This document shows positions 27,251 through 36,167 of a DNA stretch of 64,000 bases, piece by piece (within the stretch, counting starts at the first letter, position 1; every line of letters begins with the position of its first letter). The translations under genes were made by a program, and so were the position numbers. The DNA comes from Nanobdellota archaeon (GTDB taxonomy: Archaea > Nanobdellota > Nanobdellia > Pacearchaeales > GW2011-AR1): NCBI GenBank assembly GCA_038046245.1, contig JBBSWO010000006.1:5320-69319 (forward strand), read 5' to 3'. Under the pieces are notes generated by a model. The model did no database searches. It saw only the letters and a program-made list of their open reading frames with translations, and was not told the DNA's origin.

Positions 27251-27702
27251 AGATCTATGTCCCCTCTATAAAATCCATGTCTGCAATAGTGACATCTAAA
27301 AACACCATTACTATAATAAATTTTGGACGGAAATTTCTCAGTAGATCTGTTTGAAACGCAACCATTGTTCGCACACGCAACAATTCCCTCTAAAACGCCT
27401 GGAATCTCAACATTTCTTTTTTCAACAATCTTCCCACCACTAATAATGTTCACAGTAGCATTTGGTGCAACTAGCGCTATTAAGTTTATCTCATAAGAAG
27501 AAAGTTTCCTACCTTCTATTTTTAAAAACCCTTTTTTTCCTCCATCTAATTTCTGGCTATCATATCTATTCCCCAAAGAAACCCTTCCATCATGCTCTTC
27601 TAATTTTAAAAGTCGGGCAACTTTCCAAGTTACACTCGGATCCAAATGATCTATTGCTAATCCATCATCAATTCTTCTTATGCTTTGTTTCTCGTTCGCC
27701 AT
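27247..27702 (-). CDS. pyrI: aspartate carbamoyltransferase regulatory subunit
   Basis: IDHLDP block, C-terminal zinc domain CANNGC...CHYC, downstream of pyrB. Confidence 0.85.
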   Translation of the reverse strand: MANEKQSIRRIDDGLAIDHLDPSVTWKVARLLKLEEHDGRVSLGNRYDSQKLDGGKKGFLKIEGRKLSSYEINLIALVAPNATVNIISGGKIVEKRNVEIPGVLEGIVACANNGCVSNRSTEKFPSKIYYSNGVFRCHYCRHGFYRGDIDL

Positions 27703-27725
27703 TTTCTATTAAATTATTTTAAAAT

Positions 27726-28682
27726 TTATACCACGATTAAATCAAGGAGGCTCATTCTAGTAGGTGGGCCATTTCCTGCTTGAGGAATGTAGTGAGCATA
27801 CTCTGTATCATCAATATCTCGAGCGACTTCATTAAATATTGGCATAGGATGAAGGATCTTAAATCCCGGTTTAGGGGTTTTAATTATATTACGTTTAAGG
27901 TTATACCTTGATGTAACATCCTCATACATCTGATCTCCTTCAGGCCCCTTTGGAAACCTTTCTCTTTGCACCCTAGTCATATACAAAAAATCAACATCTC
28001 CACTATTAATAATTAATTCTAAATCTTCTAAATCATGTTCACTAAAAAATGCGCCTTTAGTTTTGAGTCTTTTTAATAAGTCTTTGGGCATTTTTAATTG
28101 CTCAGGTGAAATAAATTTTATGTTACATCCTTCATACTTAAGACCTAAAGCTTCAGCCAAACTATGAACGGGTCTGCCATACATAAGATCTCCTGCAATA
28201 GCAATTTTCAAACCATCAATACTCCCTCTGTGCTCCCTAATTGTGAATAAATCAAGAAAAGTTTGAGTAGGATGAAAATTTTTGCCATCCCCACAATTAA
28301 TAAAAGGTGCCTTGATGAGATCTGCCGCCAACTGAGCAACACCATCATTATCATGTCTCATTACAACAACATCGGGGTTGTAAGAATCAATTACCTTAAA
28401 GGTATGTTCTAAAGTTTCACCCTTAGAAAAAGAACTTTTACCAACATCAAAATCAACAACACTGCCTCCAAGTCTTAACATTGCCATTTGCGTGCTCATT
28501 ACAGTCCTAGTGCTATCTTCAACAAAAATTGGAACCATTATTCGCCCAGCCAACCTTTGAGAATAATTACCCATCCTAGCCTTAATTTCTGCAGCATTAT
28601 CTAAAACATAATCAATTTCTTGTTTAGAAAAATCTTCAATAGAAATAACATCTCTTCCAACAAAATCATCTCTGCTAACCAT
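27726..28682 (-). CDS. pyrB: aspartate carbamoyltransferase catalytic subunit
   Basis: EDSTRT, HPTQ, LHPMP motifs, 318 aa. Confidence 0.9.
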   Translation of the reverse strand: MVSRDDFVGRDVISIEDFSKQEIDYVLDNAAEIKARMGNYSQRLAGRIMVPIFVEDSTRTVMSTQMAMLRLGGSVVDFDVGKSSFSKGETLEHTFKVIDSYNPDVVVMRHDNDGVAQLAADLIKAPFINCGDGKNFHPTQTFLDLFTIREHRGSIDGLKIAIAGDLMYGRPVHSLAEALGLKYEGCNIKFISPEQLKMPKDLLKRLKTKGAFFSEHDLEDLELIINSGDVDFLYMTRVQRERFPKGPEGDQMYEDVTSRYNLKRNIIKTPKPGFKILHPMPIFNEVARDIDDTEYAHYIPQAGNGPPTRMSLLDLIVV

Positions 28683-28783
28683 TAAAATAAATCAAGATTC
28701 CCCCACCTTATAACAACCTATATACTGCAATATATATTTTAGAATTCAACAATTGTATAAAAGATAAAATGCGTTATTATTTT

Positions 28784-29308
28784 TTATTTCAGGTCATACT
28801 CCTCTAAAACACTATACACTGGACCTTCTGGGCGTAAGTCGGATTTCATTAGTCTGAAGCGACTCACTTTGAATTTCATCTTAGGAATTTCAATTTTTTT
28901 TAGTTTTTCTAAAAACTCTTTTTTGTTTTTTATGTTCTTGACTCTTGCAACAGTCAAATGCCCCATAAATCTTTCTTCTGGCTTGAATATATCCCCTAAA
29001 ACACTGTCAACAACTTTCTGCAAAACTTCTGCTCCCTTGATATGAAGCCAGACTATTCTTATGTAAGAAGGAGAAAAAACACCTACTGCGTCAAGTTCTA
29101 AATCAAAGCTTGCAGTATTTATTATCTTAAGTTTTTCCTTTACGAGTTTAATTTTCTCTTCATCAATCTCTCCAAGAAACTTAAGAGTTAAATGAAGATT
29201 TTCAGGCTCTACCTTTTTGCCAAAAAAATCTGGAAGTTGGCCCTGGGTTCTTTGCACTTCCTTCTTGACATTTTCAGGCAGGTCTATGGCAATAAAGCTC
29301 CTTATCAT
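28784..29308 (-). CDS. thpR: RNA 2',3'-cyclic phosphodiesterase / 2'-5' RNA ligase (2H family)
   Basis: two HxT motifs: HLTLKFLG and HLTVARV, 174 aa. Confidence 0.8.
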   Translation of the reverse strand: MIRSFIAIDLPENVKKEVQRTQGQLPDFFGKKVEPENLHLTLKFLGEIDEEKIKLVKEKLKIINTASFDLELDAVGVFSPSYIRIVWLHIKGAEVLQKVVDSVLGDIFKPEERFMGHLTVARVKNIKNKKEFLEKLKKIEIPKMKFKVSRFRLMKSDLRPEGPVYSVLEEYDLK

Positions 29309-30111
29309 AAAAACTCTGCTAAAATCTTAGCCCCAAGTTTAATTGTCTTTTCATCGTGATTTTTGTCTTTCTCCGCGTCAATCTCAACAATGTCAACAGC
29401 TTTTAGGCCTTTGACTCTGTTCAACCTCTGGATTAGATAAATAAGCTGCCTGCTTGTTAGACCTCCCGGCTCATTGAAGGAAGTTGACGGTGCAAAGGCG
29501 GAATCAACAACGCTAACATCTATTGAAAGATATAATACTTTCCTGTTTGAAAATTCCATTATAGTATCACAAATATTCTCAATATCCAAAGTAATCTTAT
29601 TTGTGTCTATCATCCTTATCCTTTGCCCCTTCAAAAAATTAATTTCCTCTATTCTTGAATTTCTAACCCCGACAAGAAGTATGTTTTCTTCAGGAAAACC
29701 AGCATCAATAACTTTCCTAAGCCATTGTTTGTTGTTTGGAAAATTATTTGGATTTTCGCAGTTAGGGTTGGAATCAAAAACTATAAGGCACGGCTCATCG
29801 CCCTCTTCTCTGCAATAATTTAAGAAAGCTTTTACCAAAGAATAGCTTATGGAATGGTCCCCACCTAAAAAAACAGTTCTTGGCTTGGCCTCAAAAGTCT
29901 CAAAAGCATTTTCATAAATTAATTTGTTTGTAAGCTCTAGATTTTTGTTGTCAAGGTGTATCTCTTCCAAATCCAGCAAGTTTTTGTCTATCAGCTTACC
30001 CTGTTCGTTACTTCCTATTTCATCAAGTTTTTCTATTATCTCATTTCCTGCGCCTTTGCAACCCTTATTCCCGTTGACTCCTGGAACTTTAACAACAAAC
30101 ATTATACACAT
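29305..30111 (-). CDS. arginase/agmatinase-fold protein with non-canonical metal-ligand motifs
   Basis: GGDHS present; DAHxD position reads DSNPN; SxDxDxxDP position reads SIDVSVVDS. Confidence 0.6.
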   Translation of the reverse strand: MCIMFVVKVPGVNGNKGCKGAGNEIIEKLDEIGSNEQGKLIDKNLLDLEEIHLDNKNLELTNKLIYENAFETFEAKPRTVFLGGDHSISYSLVKAFLNYCREEGDEPCLIVFDSNPNCENPNNFPNNKQWLRKVIDAGFPEENILLVGVRNSRIEEINFLKGQRIRMIDTNKITLDIENICDTIMEFSNRKVLYLSIDVSVVDSAFAPSTSFNEPGGLTSRQLIYLIQRLNRVKGLKAVDIVEIDAEKDKNHDEKTIKLGAKILAEFL

Positions 30112-30207
30112 AAGAAAGCCTATTTTAAAAAATTACCTGGCAGAAGCAAAAAGCATTTAAAACGTGCTTTCCTTTAAATAATAGGGTTTGAAAGGAGGAG
30201 AGAAAAA

Positions 30208-30354
30208 ATGCACAAACTAACCGGTTGGATCTTTTTGGTTATTGGTATCTTGATGTTGCTTCCTTTAATAGGAATCGGCCTAGGAAATATAGGGACTTGG
30301 TTGATAACATTAGGATTCCTTGTAATAGGTATAATCAAGATAACTGCAAAATAA
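30208..30354 (+). CDS. unannotated 48-aa two-helix membrane protein (paralogue of 52007-52174)
   Basis: own translation MHKLTGWIFLVIGILMLLPLIGIGLGNIGTWLITLGFLVIGIIKITAK; AAAGGAGG 8 nt upstream. Confidence 0.55.
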   Translation: MHKLTGWIFLVIGILMLLPLIGIGLGNIGTWLITLGFLVIGIIKITAK

Positions 30355-30399
30355 GGCAGTAATTTTTTATTTTTCTTTTTTTATTTATAACTGTTAGAA

Positions 30400-32412
30400 T
30401 TAATTGTCTATTCCTGCCCTAACATCTTTTTCCGCAACAGCCTTACATGCTGCAGATTTAAAGATTCTTCCAAAGAATGTGCACTTTGAAGTAGAACTTT
30501 TACATACTCCATTCAAACAGCCATAAGGGCAATTGAAGTTCCCACCATTTAGAGTATTATTCTCAGAACAGGAATATTCATGCAAAGTGTTTCCAGTCCC
30601 ATTTCCAGCCACACAGAAATCAGCATATTTCAAACTCTGGCTTCCGCTCGTTATTGTTGCTGTTCCCTTTGCATATGGATACCATCCTCCGTCTGAATCT
30701 GAGCAAGAAAGTGTTTGATTATTAGAAAAGCCGTACCAAGATGTACACAAACTAAAGGCATCATTGAAGTTATCACTTGTCAAACTCTCTGCGCTAATTA
30801 GTTGATTGCAAGTTCTAAACCCTAGATGAGAATCAACATAAGATTTTAGATAAGTTTGGATATTTCCTGCTTCAATAGCATATAAATATGACACCCAATT
30901 TCTAGGATAAACAACAAGGCTACTTTTATTAGTAACGATTACGGAAGTAGTATTTAACATTATTTGTCTCGTGACATTTCTACTATCAACTATCAAAGAA
31001 GGAATGTTTTTATTACTCAAATAGGTTTGGACATCTCCTAACCATATAACATCTAAAAAAGAGGAACCCGGATAAGATATGTAAGTCAAATAGAAAGGAT
31101 TCCAACTGAAAGTATTATTGGAGCTCACACAAGCTCCATTACTGCAAACGCCACCACTAGAAGCACAATTGTAAACTCCCGTTCCTAAAACTCCACTGTT
31201 ACAAGCATACTCATAAACCCATCCCGCATATGTTCCATTCAGGACACAATAATCATTGTAAGTTTGCCCTTGATAAGTTGCTGTTCCTTGAATATTGTAA
31301 TCGTAACCGCCGTCGCTGTCAGTACAAGTTACAGTAGTTGTGTTTCCAGAAACATTAATATAAACTGTTTTCAAGTTATTCACTGGATTAATATCGCTTT
31401 CGTTATGTATCCCTTTTCCATTATAACTTCTCTTTAACTCCCAAGTACCTGCTTTGTTGAATGTATAATTTTCATAATAATTTTTGATTTCTCCAGCCAA
31501 GATTAATGTGCCCGGGCTTCCACCCCAACCTCCTCCAGCACAACCACTAGGATCACCTAGAAGACATGTTGAAGCAGATCCCCCAGTGATATACCCATTA
31601 ACATTTCCAAGATTTTTGACTGTTTTAGCAATCATGATTAATTGCCCAACTTCAGGAGTGTTGTCTGAAAATGTAATTGAGGTTGTTGCTAAATCAAAAA
31701 TTCCTGACGAATTTCCACAGCCCTCATCAATTTGTGCATTACAATTATTGTCTATTCCATCACTACAAACTTCAGCTTTCCCAGGGTTTATATTAGCATT
31801 GTTATCCGCACAATCACCAGTAGCGCTTATTAATTCACTGCTCGTGTAATAATTCAAAGGCCTTAAGCATTGGACTAAATAAGCACCATTACCGTATCTG
31901 TCTTTATCAAGATCACTATACCATATTTGTCCTGGTCTTTCTAAAGCGTTATTATCATTGCAATCTAGAAAAGAACCACAATTTGAAAAAAAAGTATCCG
32001 CATCATTATCTATGCATCCAGTAGTTTGTTGACAAACACCATTACTACAAACATAGTTAGCTCCAAGATTAGCGCAAGAGTAAGTCACATAAGCAAAGCC
32101 GGACGTATTTTGATTACAATAATATTCTACAACATAATTACCTGAACAAGTATCATTAAAAAAATAATTCGTAAAATTAGAATCCTGCCCATAAACAGTT
32201 CCTTTCAGAATATAATTCAACCCACCATCAGAATCAGTGCAAGACGGTGTTGATGCTGTTGAACCAACAAAACTTCCATCATCTACAACTTTAACGGGCT
32301 GTCCAGTTATCTTGCCGAAAATATCAGAGAACCAGGACGCAGAAACAACAGATAATGATAAAACAATAATTAGAATCCCTAAAACCAAAAATAAATTACT
32401 CCCCCTCTTCAT
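30400..32412 (-). CDS. secreted Cys-rich modular protein
   Basis: signal peptide; three C(T/S)DSDGG...C modules; two D-C-x-D-N-N-A..PG..E.C..G.D.(N/D)C metal-binding-like motifs. Confidence 0.6.
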   Translation of the reverse strand: MKRGSNLFLVLGILIIVLSLSVVSASWFSDIFGKITGQPVKVVDDGSFVGSTASTPSCTDSDGGLNYILKGTVYGQDSNFTNYFFNDTCSGNYVVEYYCNQNTSGFAYVTYSCANLGANYVCSNGVCQQTTGCIDNDADTFFSNCGSFLDCNDNNALERPGQIWYSDLDKDRYGNGAYLVQCLRPLNYYTSSELISATGDCADNNANINPGKAEVCSDGIDNNCNAQIDEGCGNSSGIFDLATTSITFSDNTPEVGQLIMIAKTVKNLGNVNGYITGGSASTCLLGDPSGCAGGGWGGSPGTLILAGEIKNYYENYTFNKAGTWELKRSYNGKGIHNESDINPVNNLKTVYINVSGNTTTVTCTDSDGGYDYNIQGTATYQGQTYNDYCVLNGTYAGWVYEYACNSGVLGTGVYNCASSGGVCSNGACVSSNNTFSWNPFYLTYISYPGSSFLDVIWLGDVQTYLSNKNIPSLIVDSRNVTRQIMLNTTSVIVTNKSSLVVYPRNWVSYLYAIEAGNIQTYLKSYVDSHLGFRTCNQLISAESLTSDNFNDAFSLCTSWYGFSNNQTLSCSDSDGGWYPYAKGTATITSGSQSLKYADFCVAGNGTGNTLHEYSCSENNTLNGGNFNCPYGCLNGVCKSSTSKCTFFGRIFKSAACKAVAEKDVRAGIDN

Positions 32413-32432
32413 AATAGGTCAACAGATCATAT

Positions 32433-32445
32433 CTTTATAAATATT
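32433..32445 (-). promoter_or_regulatory. TATA-box promoter of the Cys-rich protein gene
   Basis: CTTTATAAATATT, 22-30 nt upstream of ATG 32412. Confidence 0.45.
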
Positions 32446-32446
32446 C

Positions 32447-32800
32447 TCAAACCAAACTTCTAGAATTATCAGCACCGCAGTCATACAAAGAATTGGAACA
32501 TCTTATGCTGTCATAGCTGCATCCAGCAGGAATTGAGGGCATGCATTCAGAGCCACAAGAATTTTTAGTACCTTTTACAGTACAATCACTTGACCCAGAA
32601 CTAATATCGCCATAAGCATTATTGCTACAAGAATAATCTACAATACAGGTTTTCATACAGCATGAATTCAAAACGCTACTAAAAGCGTCCCCTGTAGGTT
32701 TAATACGCAGAAAAACATTGAAGATAAGGAAAAGAGCAAACATAATAAGTATAGTAATTACCAAAACCCACCAAAATAATTTGTTATTCTTCTTTTTCAT
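32447..32800 (-). CDS. small secreted/anchored Cys-rich protein
   Basis: N-terminal TM/signal, 14 Cys in ~80 residues. Confidence 0.5.
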   Translation of the reverse strand: MKKKNNKLFWWVLVITILIMFALFLIFNVFLRIKPTGDAFSSVLNSCCMKTCIVDYSCSNNAYGDISSGSSDCTVKGTKNSCGSECMPSIPAGCSYDSIRCSNSLYDCGADNSRSLV

Positions 32801-32831
32801 AATAGGCCTACGTTAGCGATGTTTATAAATT

Positions 32832-34037
32832 TTATTCAGGCACCAACGCAAAAAAACTATACACCTTCAAGGCTTCTTTAGCAAGTTTCTTGACATCCTC
32901 AAGTTTAACCTCTTTGATGTTCTTCTCAAACTCATAAAACTCTTCAGCATTTCCGTCAGCCTCATGATAAAGAAGATTGGCCATCTGGGACATGGACTCT
33001 TCCATAGCAATATTATAATTGCCAATTAACTGATCTTTTATGCTTTGCAGTTCTTTTTCCTCCAAACCCTCTCCAACTTTTTTAAACTCTTCAACAATCA
33101 ACTCTCTGACTTTCTCAACATTTTCTTTTTGTGTTCCAACATAAATCTTGTTATATGAAAAATATTTGCTCGATGTGGCTTCTCCAGAAACCGAATAAGC
33201 AAGATTTCTTTTTTCTCTTATTTCAGAAAATAGCCTTGAAGACATGCCTTCAGCAAGAACAGCACTTAAAACTCTTGCTGCATAACTTTTTTTATCGTAA
33301 GCTAAAGGAGTGTGATAAGCAAAAACGACATTTGCCTGATCAAGACCTTTTCTTTTTTCAGTTTCAGAATTATTTTTTGTCTTTACTTTATATTCTGGAA
33401 CTTTCCCAATTTTCTTTTCAAAATTCTTTTCGGCAAAATTAACAAGCTTTTCAAAGTCAGTGTCTCCGACAACACATAGAATCATATTATTGGGGGTATA
33501 AATTTCCTTGAACCTCTTTACCATTTTTTCTCGGTTTATTGAATTCATAGTTTCATGAGTTCCGATTAAATCGATTCCCAAAGGAGCATCATAAAGAAAA
33601 TTTTGTATTCTGTCATCAACGTGTATTCGGGGATTGTCTTTTCTCATTTTTATTTCTTCAAATATAACTTTTCTTTCTTTGTCCATTTCCTTTTCATCAA
33701 ACAATGGATTTTTTACCATATCAGATAAAACATCCAATGCAACATTTATCTTATTAGAAGGCATTTTGCACCAATAGGCAGTAAGCGTTTCAGAAGTAAA
33801 ACCATTTAGCACTCCCCCGTTTTTTTCAATCTCCATAGGAATCTTTTGAGCGTTTCTTGTCGGGGTCCCTTTGTACAGCATATGCTCAATAAAATGAGAT
33901 ACCCCTTTTTCTTTGACATCTTCATTGATTCCCCCACATTTTACTGCAAAGGCAACGCTGACAACTGGAAGGTCTCTTTTTTCAAACAATACAGTCATTC
34001 CGTTTTTCAAAACTTTTCTGAAGAATTTTGGTTTCAT
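32832..34037 (-). CDS. M16 (pitrilysin-family) zinc peptidase
   Basis: inverted zinc motif HFIEH, 401 aa. Confidence 0.8.
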   Translation of the reverse strand: MKPKFFRKVLKNGMTVLFEKRDLPVVSVAFAVKCGGINEDVKEKGVSHFIEHMLYKGTPTRNAQKIPMEIEKNGGVLNGFTSETLTAYWCKMPSNKINVALDVLSDMVKNPLFDEKEMDKERKVIFEEIKMRKDNPRIHVDDRIQNFLYDAPLGIDLIGTHETMNSINREKMVKRFKEIYTPNNMILCVVGDTDFEKLVNFAEKNFEKKIGKVPEYKVKTKNNSETEKRKGLDQANVVFAYHTPLAYDKKSYAARVLSAVLAEGMSSRLFSEIREKRNLAYSVSGEATSSKYFSYNKIYVGTQKENVEKVRELIVEEFKKVGEGLEEKELQSIKDQLIGNYNIAMEESMSQMANLLYHEADGNAEEFYEFEKNIKEVKLEDVKKLAKEALKVYSFFALVPE

Positions 34038-34061
34038 GCAGCAAAGAAGGAAATTCAGTTT

Positions 34062-34844
34062 TTAAACTCTTTTCTCAAGCACAATATATCTTTCAGAGCC
34101 CAGCTCAAAGTCGTCCAAAACATTAAATTCCTGTTTTATAAAATCAAATATCCAACTCCTGTTAACTTTGAACTTCTTTTTAGCTGCCATGCTTCTTGTC
34201 GCAAAACTCACCACAACTTTATCAACTAAAGGAGCAATTTCTCTCAAAAGTTTTTTAGAATAATCCCTTTCAAATTCTTCCAAAGCATCTAACACTTTGA
34301 ACAAAAAAACAATTTTTTCCCCTTTTTGTATTGAAATTGTTTTTTTTATTTTCTCCAGCTCAAACAAGCTCCCATGAATTGCCACAGCATTAAGCTTTTC
34401 TTTCTTAAAATAATGATTCATCAAATCAACTAGCTGCCCAACAGCCTCAATTGCGATATATTTTATCTTCTTATCAAAATATTTATAGCTAAATCCATTT
34501 ATTCCTGCACCAAGGTCAAAAATAGTTCCATTAAAATTTTCTAAAATTCTTTTGTATAGCTCTTGATAATAAGAAAGTCTTTCCCTTGTTGAAAGATGCT
34601 TCCTTAAAATCCATTCAGCATCTTTATCCTTCAAAGACAGAAGTTTCTTGCTTACAAAGGCCCCGTAAATTTTATGCAATAGCTCACGAGTCAATCTAAC
34701 CTTCTCTTCCTCACTTACCTGCCTTCTCTCAAACATAGAATAAGCCCTTTCAACATCTTTAAGAGGAAGTTCAGAAAACTCCCTTTTCTTCATTATTTCT
34801 TTGATTATCTCTTTATTGACCATATTGACAAAATTTTTAATCAT
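34062..34844 (-). CDS. FmrO/ArmA/Rmt-family 16S rRNA (m7G1405-type) methyltransferase homologue
   Basis: blocks LHKIYGAF, HLSTRERL, IFDLGAGINGF, IVFLFKVLDALE, VVVSF line up with ArmA LHQIWGSY, HSSTNERV, ILDFGCGFNPL, VVFLLKMLPVL, FVISF (from memory). Confidence 0.6.
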   Translation of the reverse strand: MIKNFVNMVNKEIIKEIMKKREFSELPLKDVERAYSMFERRQVSEEEKVRLTRELLHKIYGAFVSKKLLSLKDKDAEWILRKHLSTRERLSYYQELYKRILENFNGTIFDLGAGINGFSYKYFDKKIKYIAIEAVGQLVDLMNHYFKKEKLNAVAIHGSLFELEKIKKTISIQKGEKIVFLFKVLDALEEFERDYSKKLLREIAPLVDKVVVSFATRSMAAKKKFKVNRSWIFDFIKQEFNVLDDFELGSERYIVLEKRV

Positions 34845-34873
34845 TGATTATTTATAAATTATGTATAAATAAC

Positions 34874-35788
34874 ATGGCGTCAACAAACCAGTCTCCTTTT
34901 TACAAGCAAGCAGAGTTAAAATTTCTGAATGCGCAGACAAATGAAGAAAAACTAAAATGGCTTGAAGAAATGATAAGAGAATGCCCAAAACATAAATCAA
35001 GTGAAAAGATGCTTGCCAATCTTAAAACTAGATATATAAAGTTAAAAGAAAAAATACAAACTTTAAAAAAAAGTTCTAAGAGTTCAAAAAAGCCAGGCAT
35101 AAAAAAAGAGGAAATACAGGCAGCAATTATTGGATTTACAAATTCTGGAAAATCCTCATTAGTCTCTCTCTTGACCAACGCTAGTCCAAGAATATCAAGC
35201 GTGGACTTCACAACAAGGGAGCCGGTTGTTGGAATGATGTCTTATCAAGGTATACAAATACAATTAGTGGAAATCCCAGCGATAGAGTCAGAATTTTATG
35301 ATAAGAGTGTTACTCACGTCGCAGATTCAATTTTAATTTTGATAGATAATTTATCTCAACTTCAAAAAATACAAGAGCTAACCTCAAACCTCCCAGGAAA
35401 AAAAATAATTGTTTTCAATAAAATTGATTTATTAAGTGAACAAGAGAAAAGGAAAATTTCGGCAAACTTGCAAAGCAAAAAATACAATTTTGTTCTGATT
35501 TCAACAGAGACTAAAGAAGGAATAAATGAATTAAAGGAAAAATTGTTTTTGAGTTTTGACAGAATAAGAGTTTTCACTAAAGAGCCTGGGAAAGAAAAAT
35601 CAAACAATCCTATAGTACTTAAACCAGGTTCAACAATAAAAGACATAGCAGAAAAAATATTCAAAGGGTTCTCGCAAAAAATAAAGGAAACAAAAATATG
35701 GGGCCCAAGTTCTAAATTCCCCGGCCAAAAAGTTTCCTTATCCCACGAACTGAAAGATTTAGATGTTGTTGAGTTTAAGACTAGATAA
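34874..35788 (+). CDS. DRG/Obg-like GTP-binding protein with C-terminal TGS domain
   Basis: G1 GFTNSGKSS, NKIDL (G4), TGS-like tail; ATG 34874 (MASTNQ) preferred. Confidence 0.7.
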   Translation: MASTNQSPFYKQAELKFLNAQTNEEKLKWLEEMIRECPKHKSSEKMLANLKTRYIKLKEKIQTLKKSSKSSKKPGIKKEEIQAAIIGFTNSGKSSLVSLLTNASPRISSVDFTTREPVVGMMSYQGIQIQLVEIPAIESEFYDKSVTHVADSILILIDNLSQLQKIQELTSNLPGKKIIVFNKIDLLSEQEKRKISANLQSKKYNFVLISTETKEGINELKEKLFLSFDRIRVFTKEPGKEKSNNPIVLKPGSTIKDIAEKIFKGFSQKIKETKIWGPSSKFPGQKVSLSHELKDLDVVEFKTR

Positions 35789-35846
35789 AATAATATATAT
35801 TTCTAAGAAGAATAATTGATTTAAAACTAAAAATATAGATTAAGAT

Positions 35847-36164
35847 ATGAGAGTAAACAAATTGTCAAGCAAAGAAAAAAGAATAATAACTGTTTTAGAC
35901 GGTGAAACCGGAAATAAGATGGGTTTAGAATCGCTAGCATTAGTATTAGGAATCCAAACTCCAGAAGACGTAACAAATTTTAGGCAAAATGAAATTGGTA
36001 ATCTAGTCAGAATGGGTTATGTAAAAGCAGGAACTATTTATAGAGGAGCTGTTCCAACAGAAGAAATTTATTTGGGAAAGCCTGGAGAAAAGGCAAAAAA
36101 TATACTTCAGGGAAATTATGGATTGGTCAGAAAAATCAGAGCTTGGACGTCAAGAGTATTCTAG
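35847..36164 (+). CDS. hypothetical protein (possible winged-helix)
   Basis: 105 aa ORF, no motif recognised. Confidence 0.35.
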   Translation: MRVNKLSSKEKRIITVLDGETGNKMGLESLALVLGIQTPEDVTNFRQNEIGNLVRMGYVKAGTIYRGAVPTEEIYLGKPGEKAKNILQGNYGLVRKIRAWTSRVF

Positions 36165-36167
36165 TTT

